Source: Candidatus Firestoneibacteriota bacterium (lineage in GTDB: Bacteria > Oederibacteriota > D2-FULL-39-29 > CAIOVX01). Taken from it: 64,000 nt of DNA. A program made the position numbers and the translations under genes. The notes under the pieces were generated by a model. That model did no database searches. It was not told the origin of the DNA and saw only the letters and a program-made list of their open reading frames with translations. Below are positions 1-8,772 of the stretch, in pieces; position 1 is the first letter of the stretch, and every line of letters starts with the position of its first letter. The stretch is from NCBI GenBank assembly GCA_903861835.1, contig CAIOVX010000060.1:100504-164503 (forward strand), written 5' to 3'.

Positions 1-754
1 GCGCCAACGAAAAGGCCGTGTATTTTAGCGCCTGAATATGCTGCCCCGCGCCCAGGAGATAGGGGTTTGAATTAAAAATACCTGGCTTTTCCCCGGCGTT
101 TCTCAGCAATGCGGAAAGTTCGGCCACAAGTTTTTCGTTTTCCGCAAGGCCCGGGCCTGAACACTTAAATTTCAGGTAGAGAATCCCTGTCCTTCTCTCG
201 AATCTTGCCCGCAGGAACCTGTCGCGGAGCTTAAAAAAAGAAAGTTTGTTAAGTTCCTGATCCTTGACGGTATGCGCCGTAAGGATACTTTCACGCGGAA
301 CCCCTTCGTAGCCGGCAGGTTTGTACAGTTCAAGCAGACACGGTTTGAAACCCTTGGACAGGACGCTCTCTTTATTAAAAATTTGATTATTCACAAAAAG
401 CACGCGCGCGCCCGGAGGCAGCCCGGAGAGCTTTCCGCCTTTTTCATAATCGGCTTTATAAATTATCCCCAGTCCGTTCTTCTTAGCGGCAGTTTCCCCG
501 TCAGACCTGTCCGAAGAATCGACTATCACGGAAGTGAGTCCGGCATTCCTTAGCGCGGCAAGCTCAGCGTCCGTATTTTTCCCTAGGGCGCCGGAGAGTT
601 CTCTAATCTCTAAATAGGCGGCTGCCAGGTCAAAGGTCGTCAGTTCCCGCTCCACCCTGACCCGGCCTGCTGAAACAATAATAGCCCAAATGAGCGCGGC
701 AGCCAGGCAGACCAAACCGGTTATCAGAAGCGCTTTTTCGGTTCTTTTTTCCAT
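1..754 (-). CDS. Hypothetical membrane-anchored protein, 3' truncated by the window edge. It has an N-terminal TM helix, LITGLVCLAAALIWAIIVSAG.
   Basis: Minus strand reads ATG at 754..752, then a stop-free frame continuous to position 1. The 3' end of PAP2 overlaps it by 31 nt. Not in the ORF track because no stop lies in the window. No family recognised. Confidence 0.45.
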   Translation of the reverse strand, partial: MEKRTEKALLITGLVCLAAALIWAIIVSAGRVRVERELTTFDLAAAYLEIRELSGALGKNTDAELAALRNAGLTSVIVDSSDRSDGETAAKKNGLGIIYKADYEKGGKLSGLPPGARVLFVNNQIFNKESVLSKGFKPCLLELYKPAGYEGVPRESILTAHTVKDQELNKLSFFKLRDRFLRARFERRTGILYLKFKCSGPGLAENEKLVAELSALLRNAGEKPGIFNSNPYLLGAGQHIQALKYTAFSLA

Positions 755-1278
755 TCAAAATTCCTATAGAAAAAGACAGTGAGGAACCCGATGGCCGCGC
801 CTATTGCCGCGCCGCCGAACACATCCAGCGGATAATGGACTCCGCAGTAAACTCTTGAAAAGGATATAAGAAACGCGAGCCCAAGAAACCAGACCCCGGC
901 TTTTCTGTTAAAGAATGTAACCACAGTTGCCGCGGCGAAAGTGTTTGCCGCGTGGTTTGAAGGAAAAGAATATCCGGCCGCCCCCGCCAACTGCAGAACG
1001 TGCGGAATGGATTCGAACGGACGTATCCTTTCGAAGAAGGGTTTCAGTATCCTGTAACAGAACGCGTCGGTCAGTGCTACCGCAACAATACAGAGCGTCA
1101 CCGTTATTTTAGTTTTTTTTCCGCCTTTTACCAGGAGGTAGAGGGCAAGAAGCGCGAGCGGAGGCAGCCAGATCCACTGATTTGTCAGCGTCTGCATTAT
1201 CACATCGAGCACGGGATTGTGCAAACGATTGTTCACAAAATAGAAAATTGCGCGGTCTATTCCCGTAAGAAACTCCAT
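724..1278 (-). CDS. PAP2 family phosphatase (phosphatidic acid / undecaprenyl-diphosphate phosphatase-like)
   Basis: PAP2 motifs KPFFERIRP, PSNH and SRVYCGVHYPLD. ORF track starts at TTG 1290. ATG 1278 (MEFLTG) has GGAGGG upstream. Confidence 0.8.
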   Translation of the reverse strand: MEFLTGIDRAIFYFVNNRLHNPVLDVIMQTLTNQWIWLPPLALLALYLLVKGGKKTKITVTLCIVAVALTDAFCYRILKPFFERIRPFESIPHVLQLAGAAGYSFPSNHAANTFAAATVVTFFNRKAGVWFLGLAFLISFSRVYCGVHYPLDVFGGAAIGAAIGFLTVFFYRNFEWKKEPKKRF

Positions 1279-1298
1279 AAATTTAACCAATCGCCCTC

Positions 1299-1431
1299 CA
1301 GTTTAGATGCTTGGATGTTTGGATGATTAGACGCTGGCACAAAACATCTTCCTATCCTGAACCTATTGTGAGGCAGAGGTTTTGACCTTGCTTTTGAGCG
1401 TCCAACCTTCCAACCCTCTAAGCATCCAACT
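1299..1431. repeat. Family A interspersed intergenic element, full copy R1, about 133 bp
   Basis: About 80-85% identical to 10556..10694 by eye. The 5' end carries TTGGATG octamer repeats and the 3' end carries CATCCAAC repeats that are inverted to them. It sits between the asmA stop and the PAP2 RBS. Confidence 0.75.
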
Positions 1432-4008
1432 TCACTTACCGAACAGTCCCTTCAGCAAATCAACGCCCTTCTTCTTCAACCCTTCCCCTTCTTCCTGCAG
1501 TTTCTTCTTTGCCGCGTTCTCAGCGTTTTTACCGGCGTTGGCAAGGGATCTGTCCATGTTTGGGCTGAAAGAAGGTGCCGCAAGCCGCCCGAAAACATCA
1601 AAATCAACAGGTACCCAGCCGTCCGGCCCGGCGGAATATTTTCCCGCGTCCCCCAGTTTTGAAGAAATTGAAGGAGAAAAATCATTCCTGACGGGAAGCT
1701 GCAGTTCTGAATCCAGGTCCCGGTCAAAACCCACCCAGCCGCCTGACCCGAAATTATACCTCGCGTCATCGCAGACGACCTTCATTTCGTCAATATTAAC
1801 CTTCTGCCCGCCTATCCTGGTCCTGCCGGTCAGCTGCCTGAAGGGTATCTCTCCGGAAGGATTGACTCCGAGAGCCTTGAACCCGTCGCTGAGCGCCTGC
1901 CAATTCTTAAGTTTGCCGTCAACAAGTTTAAAGTTCAAAGAGCCTACGAGATTCTGCTTAACTTCCTTTTTGTTGGCGCCCCTGCCGGAAAAGTTGAAAT
2001 CGGAAACGGCTGCTCCCGCCACCTTGTTCTTCACCACACCTGACATCCAGCCTTCGAGAAAAGAATCAGCCGCGTCATTGACAAAATCGCCTGTCTGCAC
2101 CCCAGAGAGCGTGCCGGCAATAGAATACCCGATACCGGGGATATTCAGGTCAATCTTCGCAGCCGTCTTCACCGTTCCTCCGTATCCGTTCATGGAAGCC
2201 TTTATATCCGCCGCTCTCTTCGCGAGTTTTACATTGGAAACAATGTCTGTGAATTTTATCTTCTTAAATGCTATTTCCTTGATGTTCAGGTCGGCTTCAG
2301 CCGAAAGTTTTCCGTAAACATATCCCGTATACGCCTTTATCTCCTCGTCGGTAAAACCTGAGTCCGCGGGAACGGCCGTTCCGGGCGCGGCAGCCGTCTT
2401 TGTCTTCGCGGGAAGCGCGTCCCAGACTTCGTCCACCAGGAACTTTTGGCACGAAAGCCCCGCCTTGATATCCCCCTCGAACTTTGTCTTCCAGTCGGAC
2501 ATCGTCTCCAGGTTAAAATTAGAAGCGGTTACATATCCGGAGAACGCGGAGGTCCCTGCAAGAAAGCTGATATCCGGCAGCCGCAGCTGCTTTTCCGTAA
2601 GCAACAGGGAAGAGTTTAGTTTTGAGACACCGTACTTTACCCCGCCGTACATAAAGCCGAGGCCCGCGAGCATTCCCGAACCATTGATTTTTATTCCCTT
2701 ATAATTAACCGAATAATCTTTTGTTATGGGAATGAACATTTTGATATCCACGGAAGCAGAGCCTTCGGTTTTCATATCGCTCATTTGCGGGAGCATTGAG
2801 ACCAGTTCCTGCACTGACAGGTTTCCGGAGACCGCCACATTGACCTTCGGCGCTCCGAATATTTCAGTAATGGACTTATCTGCCTTAAAAACTGACGCGC
2901 CCGTCTCTATGTTCGAGACCGCGCGGACCGCGTCCCTCTTAACATCAAAATCAAAAGAGATCTTCGTCTTAAGACCTTTGGGTTTTGTGAACAAATCGGA
3001 GTACTTCGCTTCAACCTGGGAAAGATCCGCGTTCCCCGAACCGGACGCGTAAATATCATAGGCTTTTCCGGATTGGCGCGCTTCCCCTTTTACCGAAAGA
3101 TCAAAAGAAGCAGTGCCGGAGAGAAGGACATCTTTCATATAGGCTGCCATAACCGCAGGGAGCATAGGGGAAACTGTATTTTTAAGCTCACCGCAATCCG
3201 CGGCAACCTTTGCCTGCAGAGAAAACGCAGGGGATTCCAGGAACTTTTTCACCTCGCCTGTGGCGGTAAAGGCAAGACCCGGAAGTCTTGCCGTGAAATC
3301 CCGCAAGTACACTTCCTGCTCGTCAAACTTCACCTGCATGCTTCCTTCGGCCGACAGATTAACAGGCGCCTTGTTGTATTCCATTACGGCGGACGCTTTA
3401 ATTTTGAAAGGCTTGTCCCCTTCAAGCGACAGGCCGGTTACCGACACATTTAGTTCTTTGATTCCCGCTTTGACGGCAGGAACAGCGGAGTAATCGCTGT
3501 AGCCTATCTCACCTGAGTTTATCACGAACTTTGACATGGAAAGCTTGACCGGGAGTTTCCCGGAGGCGTTTTGACCGGGTTCAGCCGCGAGGTGAGCAAC
3601 CTTCGTCCCATTCGCCAGGTCGGCAAAATTGTACTCGCCTTTTTTGTTCTTCTCTATTAATATCTTCGGAGAGTCAAGTTCAACGGTGGTGAGGTTGACT
3701 TTTCCGAGCAGCAATGGCAGGAACTCGTACCCCGCCGAAGCCTGTTCCGCCGCGATGAAAGCCCCTGAAGTAAAACCCTCTCCGTTTCTGTTGCCTATAT
3801 AGAAACCTTTGATTCCGATGCCTTTGAAAATATTAAAATCCAGCTTCTCTATGCGGACCTCCCGGTTCAACTGCTTTGAAGCTTCGGCCGCGGCAGCATC
3901 TTTGACTTTATCCCAGGGAACAAAAAAAGCGAGCGCCGCGCCGAGAAGAAGGAGAAGCAGTACCAGTATTCCAGCGGTCAGGGCGAGAATTTTTGCTGTT
4001 TTTTTCAT
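1432..4008 (-). CDS. AsmA-family (AsmA/TamB-like) outer-membrane assembly protein
   Basis: 858 aa. N-terminal signal-anchor MKKTAKILALTAGILVLLLLLLGAALAFFVPWD, then a long beta-rich domain. ATG at 4008 is preceded by GGAGGAG. Confidence 0.65.
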   Translation of the reverse strand: MKKTAKILALTAGILVLLLLLLGAALAFFVPWDKVKDAAAAEASKQLNREVRIEKLDFNIFKGIGIKGFYIGNRNGEGFTSGAFIAAEQASAGYEFLPLLLGKVNLTTVELDSPKILIEKNKKGEYNFADLANGTKVAHLAAEPGQNASGKLPVKLSMSKFVINSGEIGYSDYSAVPAVKAGIKELNVSVTGLSLEGDKPFKIKASAVMEYNKAPVNLSAEGSMQVKFDEQEVYLRDFTARLPGLAFTATGEVKKFLESPAFSLQAKVAADCGELKNTVSPMLPAVMAAYMKDVLLSGTASFDLSVKGEARQSGKAYDIYASGSGNADLSQVEAKYSDLFTKPKGLKTKISFDFDVKRDAVRAVSNIETGASVFKADKSITEIFGAPKVNVAVSGNLSVQELVSMLPQMSDMKTEGSASVDIKMFIPITKDYSVNYKGIKINGSGMLAGLGFMYGGVKYGVSKLNSSLLLTEKQLRLPDISFLAGTSAFSGYVTASNFNLETMSDWKTKFEGDIKAGLSCQKFLVDEVWDALPAKTKTAAAPGTAVPADSGFTDEEIKAYTGYVYGKLSAEADLNIKEIAFKKIKFTDIVSNVKLAKRAADIKASMNGYGGTVKTAAKIDLNIPGIGYSIAGTLSGVQTGDFVNDAADSFLEGWMSGVVKNKVAGAAVSDFNFSGRGANKKEVKQNLVGSLNFKLVDGKLKNWQALSDGFKALGVNPSGEIPFRQLTGRTRIGGQKVNIDEMKVVCDDARYNFGSGGWVGFDRDLDSELQLPVRNDFSPSISSKLGDAGKYSAGPDGWVPVDFDVFGRLAAPSFSPNMDRSLANAGKNAENAAKKKLQEEGEGLKKKGVDLLKGLFGK

Positions 4009-4108
4009 GGTTCTCCTCCGGAATGCTTGACGTGACAACATTATAACCTTCTGGAGGTAAAAATCAAAGGATAAAGAAACCGGCGCTCAGATCTCAAACC
4101 TTCCCGCA

Positions 4109-4138
4109 TTGACAGGCGCTCTTTTAATATAGTATACT
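4109..4138 (+). promoter_or_regulatory. Sigma70-like promoter TTGACA-18-TATACT for the outer-membrane barrel gene
   Basis: TTGACA at 4109..4114 and TATACT at 4133..4138. AGGAG SD lies before ATG 4184. Confidence 0.5.
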
Positions 4139-4183
4139 CCACTAATGTAAATTTTTTTCAGTCCTCATTGAGCTAGGAGCAAA

Positions 4184-5176
4184 ATGAAGAGCCGCAAGTT
4201 GTTCCTTACCGCTCTACTGCTACTGATGATTTCTTCAGCCTGCACGGCCGGTTCCGGTACCTCAGCCCTCACCTTTCTCCGCATAGCGCCCTCGGCTCGG
4301 GCGGCAGGCATGGGAGAAACCTTCACAGCCGTCGCGGACGATGTTAACGCCTCCTACTGGAATCCCGCCGGCATCGCGAACCTTGACACCATGCAGCTTT
4401 CTTTTATGCACATGTTCTACTGGGATTCAAGTTCTTACGAGTATCTTGCTTTTACCGCTCCTCTCACCGACAGAATAAAACTCGGAGCTCACCTTGCCTA
4501 CCTTAATTACGGCTCTATGGATAAAACACTGGCGGGCGACAGCACAGTCGTGGGAAGTTTCAGCCCTTTTGATCTGGTGCTTGCCGGAACTGTGGCGTAC
4601 AAACTGAGCAGCGCGCTTCAGGCAGGCGTAAACATCAAACTGGCAATGCAGACTATAGATACTGATTCTGTTTCAGCCCTGGCCTTTGACGGCGGGCTGC
4701 TTTATGAAATGCCTTTTTTCCTTGAGAGCCTCGGCGGCCATGACTTTGTCCTGGGAGCCGCAATAAGCAACCTCGGAGGGGCGGTAAACGGCGACAACCT
4801 GCCGCTTACCCTGCGAGGGGGCTTCTCGGCAAAATTTAGCGTGCAGTCTGAAAATGACCTGCTGGTGGCGGCAACGGCCTACTACCCCTTCGACTCAGGG
4901 ACACTCTGCGAAAATTTGGGCGCGGAATTCTCAGTTGAGAAAGAATTCGTCCTTAGGGCAGGCTACAAGTTTGGTTACGACGCGGGAAGCCTTACGGCAG
5001 GACTTGGCTACAAGGGAACGCTTCCCGGAATATTTGCTTTTACGGTTGATTACGCGTACGCGCCTTCCGGAAATCTGGGTGACACGCACAGGGTCTCTCT
5101 CGGACTGGTTTTTGAACAGGAATACAGGGCCGGAAGATCCGGGCCAGGCGTAAAGATAGCGCCAAGACGTTTTTAA
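4184..5176 (+). CDS. Outer-membrane beta-barrel protein, FadL/PorV-like
   Basis: Signal peptide plus an N-terminal motif ARAAGMGETFTAVADDVNASYWNPAGIA, resembling the FadL/TodX/PorV-type motif. Alternating beta-strand pattern. C-terminal aromatic residue. Confidence 0.55.
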   Translation: MKSRKLFLTALLLLMISSACTAGSGTSALTFLRIAPSARAAGMGETFTAVADDVNASYWNPAGIANLDTMQLSFMHMFYWDSSSYEYLAFTAPLTDRIKLGAHLAYLNYGSMDKTLAGDSTVVGSFSPFDLVLAGTVAYKLSSALQAGVNIKLAMQTIDTDSVSALAFDGGLLYEMPFFLESLGGHDFVLGAAISNLGGAVNGDNLPLTLRGGFSAKFSVQSENDLLVAATAYYPFDSGTLCENLGAEFSVEKEFVLRAGYKFGYDAGSLTAGLGYKGTLPGIFAFTVDYAYAPSGNLGDTHRVSLGLVFEQEYRAGRSGPGVKIAPRRF

Positions 5177-5215
5177 TAAGCCTGCAGGACTGAAAGCCCG
5201 GCCACCCATTTTTGC

Positions 5216-5244
5216 TTGACTGTTTTCACGCCCGCTTATATAAT
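5216..5244 (+). promoter_or_regulatory. Consensus sigma70 promoter TTGACT-17-TATAAT
   Basis: TTGACT at 5216..5221 and TATAAT at 5239..5244. ATG 5254 is only about 10 nt after the -10, so the mRNA is leaderless or nearly so. Confidence 0.6.
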
Positions 5245-5253
5245 CAAAGCACT

Positions 5254-6546
5254 ATGAAAACACTATTCCTTGCGCTGCTCGCCGGCTATATCATCTTTCG
5301 CTCTTTTATGATTTATCTCTCTCATAAGGGCCGAAAAACAGCCTCCAATGAAACCCTGGCGCTTAAATACTTCACGCCTGAAGAGATTAAAAATGGCGAA
5401 GAGTACGCGAGAAAAAGCTTCGGCCTCAGCGTTTTGCAGAGGGCGGTTGACTTCCTCTTCCCGTTTGTTTTCTTTTTCCTGGCGGCTAAACCGCTGTCAT
5501 GGACGCTTCATGAAGTTCTTAAGGGGATGGGGATACATATTGTAACCCTGCAAGTCCTGATATTCCTGGCGGTCTACTTCCTCTGCTCTTTCATTATTAT
5601 GCTCCCCTTCCGCTTTCACTTCGGCTACACCCTTGAACACAAGTTCGGCTTCTCCAATATGACAAAAAAAGAATGGTTCCTTTATTCTTTCAAACAATTC
5701 GCCGTCGGGACCGTGATAACCGCGATTATTGTTTGCGCCGCCTACTATATATTCAGAAGACCCACAATTTACCTCTGGCTCATACCGGTAGTCCTGCTGG
5801 CCTTTGAATTTATCATTACTTTCCTGTATCCTTACCTGATACTGCCTCTCTTTTACAAAAAGTCCAGGTTTAAAGATGAAAATTACGCGAGACCGATGCG
5901 CGAGGTAGCCGAGAAAGCCGGCGTAAAGGTAAACAAAATATTCCAGATAAACGAGAGCAAGTATTCAAAACACACAAACGCGTTTTTCACGGGGTTTGGC
6001 CCTGAAAAATCCATCTATATTTTCGACACGCTCATAAAGACAAACACGCCGGAGCAGGTTGCCTCCGTCGTGGCACACGAGATAGGACACTGGAAAAACA
6101 ACCACGTCCTGAAGAATATATTTCTTTCCTTTGCCGGCTCAGTGCTTATGACCTGGATAGTTTATTTTACTTATAGCGCGATCTGTTGTTATACTGGCTC
6201 TGACTACCCACATTTCAGCCTGTTAGACGGCAGCGCATTGACTATGAGTATTTCAGATATTGGCGGCTTGCCTTTAATTTCCGCAATACTGACAATATTC
6301 TCCTTCTGGCTGGCCCCGATAGAAAATATTGTCAGCAGAAAGTTTGAGGTAACAGCCGACACCTATGAGATTGGTATGGGCGGCCATCCTGAAATCTACA
6401 TAAAGAGCATGGTACAGCTGGCAAAGGACAACAGGTCCTTCCTTTTCCCGCACCCGCTGGTCACCTTCTGGTACGCCTCCCACCCGCCTATACTGGAAAG
6501 GGTTAAACTTGGAGAGAGCTACGAAAAGAACCAGAGGACAAAGTAA
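5254..6546 (+). CDS. M48 family zinc metalloprotease (Ste24/HtpX-like)
   Basis: HEIGHW zinc motif and multiple TM helices. Start MKTLFLALL. Confidence 0.8.
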   Translation: MKTLFLALLAGYIIFRSFMIYLSHKGRKTASNETLALKYFTPEEIKNGEEYARKSFGLSVLQRAVDFLFPFVFFFLAAKPLSWTLHEVLKGMGIHIVTLQVLIFLAVYFLCSFIIMLPFRFHFGYTLEHKFGFSNMTKKEWFLYSFKQFAVGTVITAIIVCAAYYIFRRPTIYLWLIPVVLLAFEFIITFLYPYLILPLFYKKSRFKDENYARPMREVAEKAGVKVNKIFQINESKYSKHTNAFFTGFGPEKSIYIFDTLIKTNTPEQVASVVAHEIGHWKNNHVLKNIFLSFAGSVLMTWIVYFTYSAICCYTGSDYPHFSLLDGSALTMSISDIGGLPLISAILTIFSFWLAPIENIVSRKFEVTADTYEIGMGGHPEIYIKSMVQLAKDNRSFLFPHPLVTFWYASHPPILERVKLGESYEKNQRTK

Positions 6547-6785
6547 TGAGAGTACTCTTTTTCTTCATCGGCGGCGCTATAGCCGCCTTTCTTGTCTGCA
6601 AGTTCTTCGTCCTGAGCGGTTCTGAACTCGAAACTCTCGGGGCATTCTGGAACAACCTCGGCACCGAGAAACCGCAGAATGTCGAGACCCTGGTAAAATC
6701 AGGCGCATTTTTGAAACTCATTGTGGGGATGGCTCTCGGCGGGTTCCTCGGAGCGCTCTTCAGCAATGTTTTCGGAAACGATTAA
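6546..6785 (+). CDS. Small hypothetical membrane protein, 79 aa with 2 TM helices
   Basis: GAGGA SD 8 nt upstream. Its ATG overlaps the M48 stop. Hydrophobic segments present. Confidence 0.4.
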   Translation: MRVLFFFIGGAIAAFLVCKFFVLSGSELETLGAFWNNLGTEKPQNVETLVKSGAFLKLIVGMALGGFLGALFSNVFGND

Positions 6786-6801
6786 GGACCAAGGACGGCA
6801 A

Positions 6802-7911
6802 ATGTTAAAAACCATACGAGTTAAATTAAACACTTCTTCCAACCGTTCCTATTCAATAATAATAGGGCGCGGCATACTGGGAGCCGCGGGCAAAGCCCTA
6901 AAAAAACTCGGAGTTGGCAAGGATCTTTTCCTGATTACCGATTCCAATGTCAACCGGTTGTACGGAAGAGCGGTGCTTAGCAGTTTCAAGCGGGCCGGCT
7001 TTAAAGGCACCGGCAAGTCTGTCATCAAAGCAGGGGAACCGAGCAAATCCCTTGCCTCTTTCGCTAAAATTCAAAATGCTCTGTATGGGTTTGACAGGAG
7101 CGGTGACCGGCAGATAACAATAGCGACGCTCGGCGGCGGTGTTCCCGGAGACCTCGGCGGCTTTGTCGCCGGCACCTACAAGCGCGGTGTGAGCTTCATT
7201 CAGATACCTACCACCTTGCTTGGATTCGTGGACTGCGGGCTTGGCGGAAAGACCGCGGTAAACTTCAGGGAAGCAAAGAATTCCATAGGCATCTTTTGGC
7301 AGCCGAAAATGGTGTATATGGATTTAGAGGCTCTAAAGACCCTGCCGCTCCGTGAACTAAAATCGGGACTGGCTGAAACCTTAAAGTACGGCGTGATAAG
7401 CGACCCGCGGCTCTTTGATTACCTTGAGTTCAATTCCGACAGATTACTTGCTCTCGATATGGCGGTTTATGAAAAGATTATTCCGGCCTGCGTTAAAATA
7501 AAGGCGGATGTTACTTCTGCTGACGAGCGGGATGAGAAAGATATCCGCATAATGCTTAACTTCGGGCATACCGCCGGGCACGCGATAGAAGCGGCGACAA
7601 ATTACAAAAAATACACCCATGGCGAAGCAATAGCTCTCGGTATGCTCATCGCGGGGCAGATAGCAAAAGAACTCGGTCTATTTAAAGAAGCTGACCTCTT
7701 CCGCCTTGAAAATCTCACCGAAAACCTGGGCCTGCCGGTAAAACTCTCCGGCTGCAAAGTGAGTTCTGTACTAAATGCTATGAAGCATGACAAGAAGTTC
7801 AAATCAGGAGTGAACCGCTTCATACTCCCGGTCAAAATAGGCTCCTGCAAAGTCGTCAACAACATCCCTGAAAAAGTAATCGCAAAAGCAATCAAATCCA
7901 GAATGGCTTAG
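6802..7911 (+). CDS. aroB: 3-dehydroquinate synthase
   Basis: DHQS motifs GGGVPGDLGGFVA and HTAGHAIE. ATG 6802 follows an AAGGA SD. The ORF-track start at 6721 overlaps the previous gene. Confidence 0.85.
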   Translation: MLKTIRVKLNTSSNRSYSIIIGRGILGAAGKALKKLGVGKDLFLITDSNVNRLYGRAVLSSFKRAGFKGTGKSVIKAGEPSKSLASFAKIQNALYGFDRSGDRQITIATLGGGVPGDLGGFVAGTYKRGVSFIQIPTTLLGFVDCGLGGKTAVNFREAKNSIGIFWQPKMVYMDLEALKTLPLRELKSGLAETLKYGVISDPRLFDYLEFNSDRLLALDMAVYEKIIPACVKIKADVTSADERDEKDIRIMLNFGHTAGHAIEAATNYKKYTHGEAIALGMLIAGQIAKELGLFKEADLFRLENLTENLGLPVKLSGCKVSSVLNAMKHDKKFKSGVNRFILPVKIGSCKVVNNIPEKVIAKAIKSRMA

Positions 7912-7924
7912 TTAATCACCCCCG

Positions 7925-7954
7925 ACAATGAAAAAGGGCGGCTTTCGCCGCCCT
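7925..7954 (+). terminator. Rho-independent terminator after aroB
   Basis: Stem AGGGCGGC/GCCGCCCT, loop TTTC, then TCGTTTTCTT. Confidence 0.7.
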
Positions 7955-8031
7955 TCGTTTTCTTGCTATTTTGTCAGTCAACTGTCCTCTGCCTTCCGTC
8001 TTCCGAACTGCTGCGCCTTCGCACCTCTCAT

Positions 8032-8772
8032 TTAATACGCGTAAAGCCGCCCGTAAGGTCTATGCGAAAATGGATATAGTTTTATAAAATGCGCCTTCAA
8101 TATCTCTTCTGCTTTAAGTTTCGGAAAATATGAACAGTAATCCCTCACGTATTTCTCAAGCAAAACCCTGTCTTTTTCGTCCAGTTCGACCGCCTTTACT
8201 TCCTTGCCAAGCAGCCTCGGGTCTATAGTTTTCGTCCTGATAAAGATTGTGCCTCCGTGCATTCCGGTTCCTACGAAATCCCCCACAGGCAGCTTATCTG
8301 TGCCAAGGCCCAGGACTATCGCCAGCCCTCCGGCCATATATTCTCCGAAGAAATCCTTTACTTCCTCTCCTATTATTACGACCGGAAAGTTTTCTTCGAA
8401 GGCCTTCATATGTATGCCCACGCGGTAGCCCGCGTTTCCGCGGATATAGATCTTCCCGCCTCTCATCGAATAGCCGACGATATCGCCCGCGTTTCCGTGG
8501 ACGACAATGAGCCCGCTGTTCATAGTATTGCCGATGGCGTCCTGCGCGTTCCCGTGAACGATTATCTCGGGCCCGTTCATAAAAGCTGCCATATCGTTCC
8601 CCGGCACGCCGTTTATGACAAACTTGACCTTCTTGCTGACCGCGTCGCCGATGTACCTTTGCCCCATGGCGTTGTTTATAACAATCTCGTCAGCGTCCGC
8701 GAGAACCGCGTGAATCTTCTCATTTAAATCCCTATAATGCAGTTTGTCGGCGTCTATTGTTATCTTCTTCAT
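8032..8772 (-). CDS. Glutamate synthase C-terminal GXGXG beta-helix domain subunit, archaeal-type GltB3
   Basis: Repeated VHGNAGD, IRGNAG and VINGVPGND units. ATGA start/stop overlap with the upstream gene. Confidence 0.75.
   Translation of the reverse strand: MKKITIDADKLHYRDLNEKIHAVLADADEIVINNAMGQRYIGDAVSKKVKFVINGVPGNDMAAFMNGPEIIVHGNAQDAIGNTMNSGLIVVHGNAGDIVGYSMRGGKIYIRGNAGYRVGIHMKAFEENFPVVIIGEEVKDFFGEYMAGGLAIVLGLGTDKLPVGDFVGTGMHGGTIFIRTKTIDPRLLGKEVKAVELDEKDRVLLEKYVRDYCSYFPKLKAEEILKAHFIKLYPFSHRPYGRLYAY

Noticed and set aside
1003-1030. GGATTCGAACGG, a T-arm-like motif that could suggest a tRNA 3' half
   Set aside because: It is inside the PAP2 coding sequence with intact catalytic motifs. 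No acceptor or anticodon stem can be built. I found no convincing tRNA in any intergenic region.
1382-2317. 311-aa plus-strand ORF, and other long plus-strand ORFs antisense to asmA, smc (33555..34769), argH (42560..43333), dxs (22963..23586) and topA (49527..50036)
   Set aside because: They lie wholly inside well-supported minus-strand genes. Their products are low-complexity Ser/Pro/Arg-rich, typical of antisense frames in GC-balanced DNA, and they have no recognisable motifs or RBS.
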